A stretch of 64,000 nucleotides of DNA from Octopus sinensis (lineage: Eukaryota): contig NC_042997.1 in NCBI RefSeq assembly GCF_006345805.1, forward strand, positions 191,208,001-191,272,000, in the 5' to 3' direction. A program made the translations under genes and the position numbers. Positions 62,072 to 64,000 of this stretch are shown piece by piece. Positions within the stretch are counted from its first letter, which is position 1; each line of letters opens with the position of its first letter. Below the pieces are notes generated by a model, which did no database searches, had not been told where the DNA came from, and saw only the letters and a list, made by a program, of their open reading frames with translations.

Positions 62072-62345
62072 TCACCAGCACATGAACGTTTTCCAACCAA
62101 TTCTTACCCTGACTATTATACTTTCAGAGCCATCACCTCTCGTGCTAATTATGTCACCTAGGCAACTGAAGCTATTGACTACTTCAAGTGAGCCAGCCAG
62201 ACGTTTAAGCGAGTCTATTTCCAGTGGGCTCTTAGAATGCATTACTTCAGCGCATGTGCCACATATGAAACATGCCTTCTGTTTGTCTGCATTTGATTCC
62301 ACTACACTTCTTGCATGTTACACTGAGTACAGCATATGGAATTTA
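62072..62345 (-). mobile_element. RTE-type LINE RT fragment
   Basis: LEVVNSFSCLGDIIS..G.SESII.RVRIGWKTF resembles the RTE RT thumb region. Confidence 0.7.
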
Positions 62346-64000
62346 CACTTAGATGGTTAGAGATGTAGTAAGTAATGAACAAAGATAGAAGTGTAATTGA
62401 TGGTAAATATATTTCTTTACTGCCCACAAGGGGCTAAACATAGAGGACAAACGGATTAAGTCGATTATATCGACCCCAAAAGGATGAAAGGCAAAGTCGA
62501 CCTTGGTGGAATTTGAACTCGGAACGTAATGGCAGACGAAATACCACAGAGAGAACAAACAAGGACAGACAAAGGGATTAAGTCGATTATATCGACCCCA
62601 GTGCGTAACTGGTACTTAATTTATCGACCCCAAAAGGATGAAAGGCAAAGTCGACCTTGCGGAATTTGAACTCAGAACGTAACGGCAGACGAAATACCGC
62701 TAAGCATTTCGCCCAGCGTGCTAAAATTGCTGCCAGCTAGCCACCTTTTCTTCCTTTTGTACAATTCAATGCTTTTCTTCCTTTTATACAATTCAACGCT
62801 TTTTAAGTACAACACCTCCAAGTTTTCAATCAGTATCATTCTGTCTCAGCAGTATTAAGTATGTGTGAATGTGTATCATAAATTCATCTTGACTGGTGCT
62901 ACTAGTTTCACCTGATGGTTTATTCAAGCAGACAAACTGTCAGGCAAAACTTAATGTCCTAGTCAAAACAAATTTCACTCAGCTGTTAGTACTGAGTCCC
63001 CTCCCCATCAGTAAATGTTTTGTTATTCATAAAAAATCTTGTTAAAATAACAATAAAACTAATAGTGTGTATGTGTGTCAGGCCACTCTTAGTGCTACCG
63101 GTAACTTGTGACCCAGTACAAACTGTCACATGTTTGGGCAGTTTGGTGACTAAACTGGAAACCCTACCAAGCCTTCTTAATAAGGTGGGTGATTTTCAAT
63201 GAACTCCCTGCAGGATGAGCAATGAAATCTGTCAAAGGGCAGATGAACTTGGTAAAATCAACAGTCATCCAACAAGCTGGGAGTGAAGAAACCTAGTCTT
63301 TGTTTAGATATCACTCTAAGGAAAGAAAACTTTGATGTAACGCCTGCAACTTTGCATCAAATGATATAGGCTAATGCATACATTGTTTAGACAATGGGAT
63401 TGACTCAGTGCAAATCCTTCCCATTCATTAAAAAGCTTTAGGTGCAGGCATCATTTGGTTTTTAACATCTCTGTTATGTGTTGTATACAAAGCTTGCATT
63501 GGCTTAGGTGGTAAGCTTGAAGCATAAAATCTGATAAACATAATTATTATTGAAACTACTTTTCATAAAATAATTTTGTTTTGCTTTTTTTTGTAGAATC
63601 ATCATCATCATCATCGTTTAACGTCCGCTTTCCATGCTAGTATGGGTTGAACGGTTTGACTGGGGTCTGGGAAGCCAGGAGGCTGCACTGGGCTCCAATC
63701 TTGATTTGGCAGAGTTTCTACAGCTGGATGCCCTTCCTAACGCCAACCACTCCATGAGTGTAGTGGGTGCTTTTTACATGCCACCAGCACGTTGCCAGGC
63801 GAGGCTGGCAACGGCCACGATCGGTTGGTGCTTTTTACGTGCCACCAGCACGGAGGCTAGTTGGGGCGGTGCTGGCGTAAAAACATTTTTGTTTTTATTA
63901 TTCTTTTTCCTTTTATTCTTTTATTTGTTTCAGTCATTTGACTGTGACTATGCTGGAGCATCGCCTTTTAGTCGAGCAAATCGACCCCAGGACTTATTCT

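Overview
AT-rich, repeat-dense animal genomic DNA. The SINE, LINE and MITE repertoire suggests a coleoid cephalopod, probably octopus; this is inferred from pattern and was not searched. The window is spanned by the 5' part of one minus-strand gene, a crumbs (crb/CRB) orthologue. I assembled 17 coding exons by hand from a signal-peptide exon at 59271-59214 down to 1540. All have GT-AG boundaries and matching splice phases, giving 4163 nt (~1387 codons). The encoded architecture is signal peptide, 23 EGF repeats, LamG1, EGF24, LamG2 and part of EGF25. The transmembrane segment and ERLI tail would lie left of the window. Introns contain several tRNA-derived SINE families, RTE- and CR1-type LINE remnants, piggyBac-type and hAT-type MITEs, Helentron-like elements, a solo LTR, minisatellites and several long inverted repeats. 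The most notable non-coding observations are two degenerate Penelope-type minimal hammerhead ribozyme motifs, a promoter-like solo LTR oriented sense to crb, long hairpin-forming inverted repeats near exons, competing splice donors that create immediate stop codons, and headless SINE dimers sharing one junction. I found no prokaryotic-type system.
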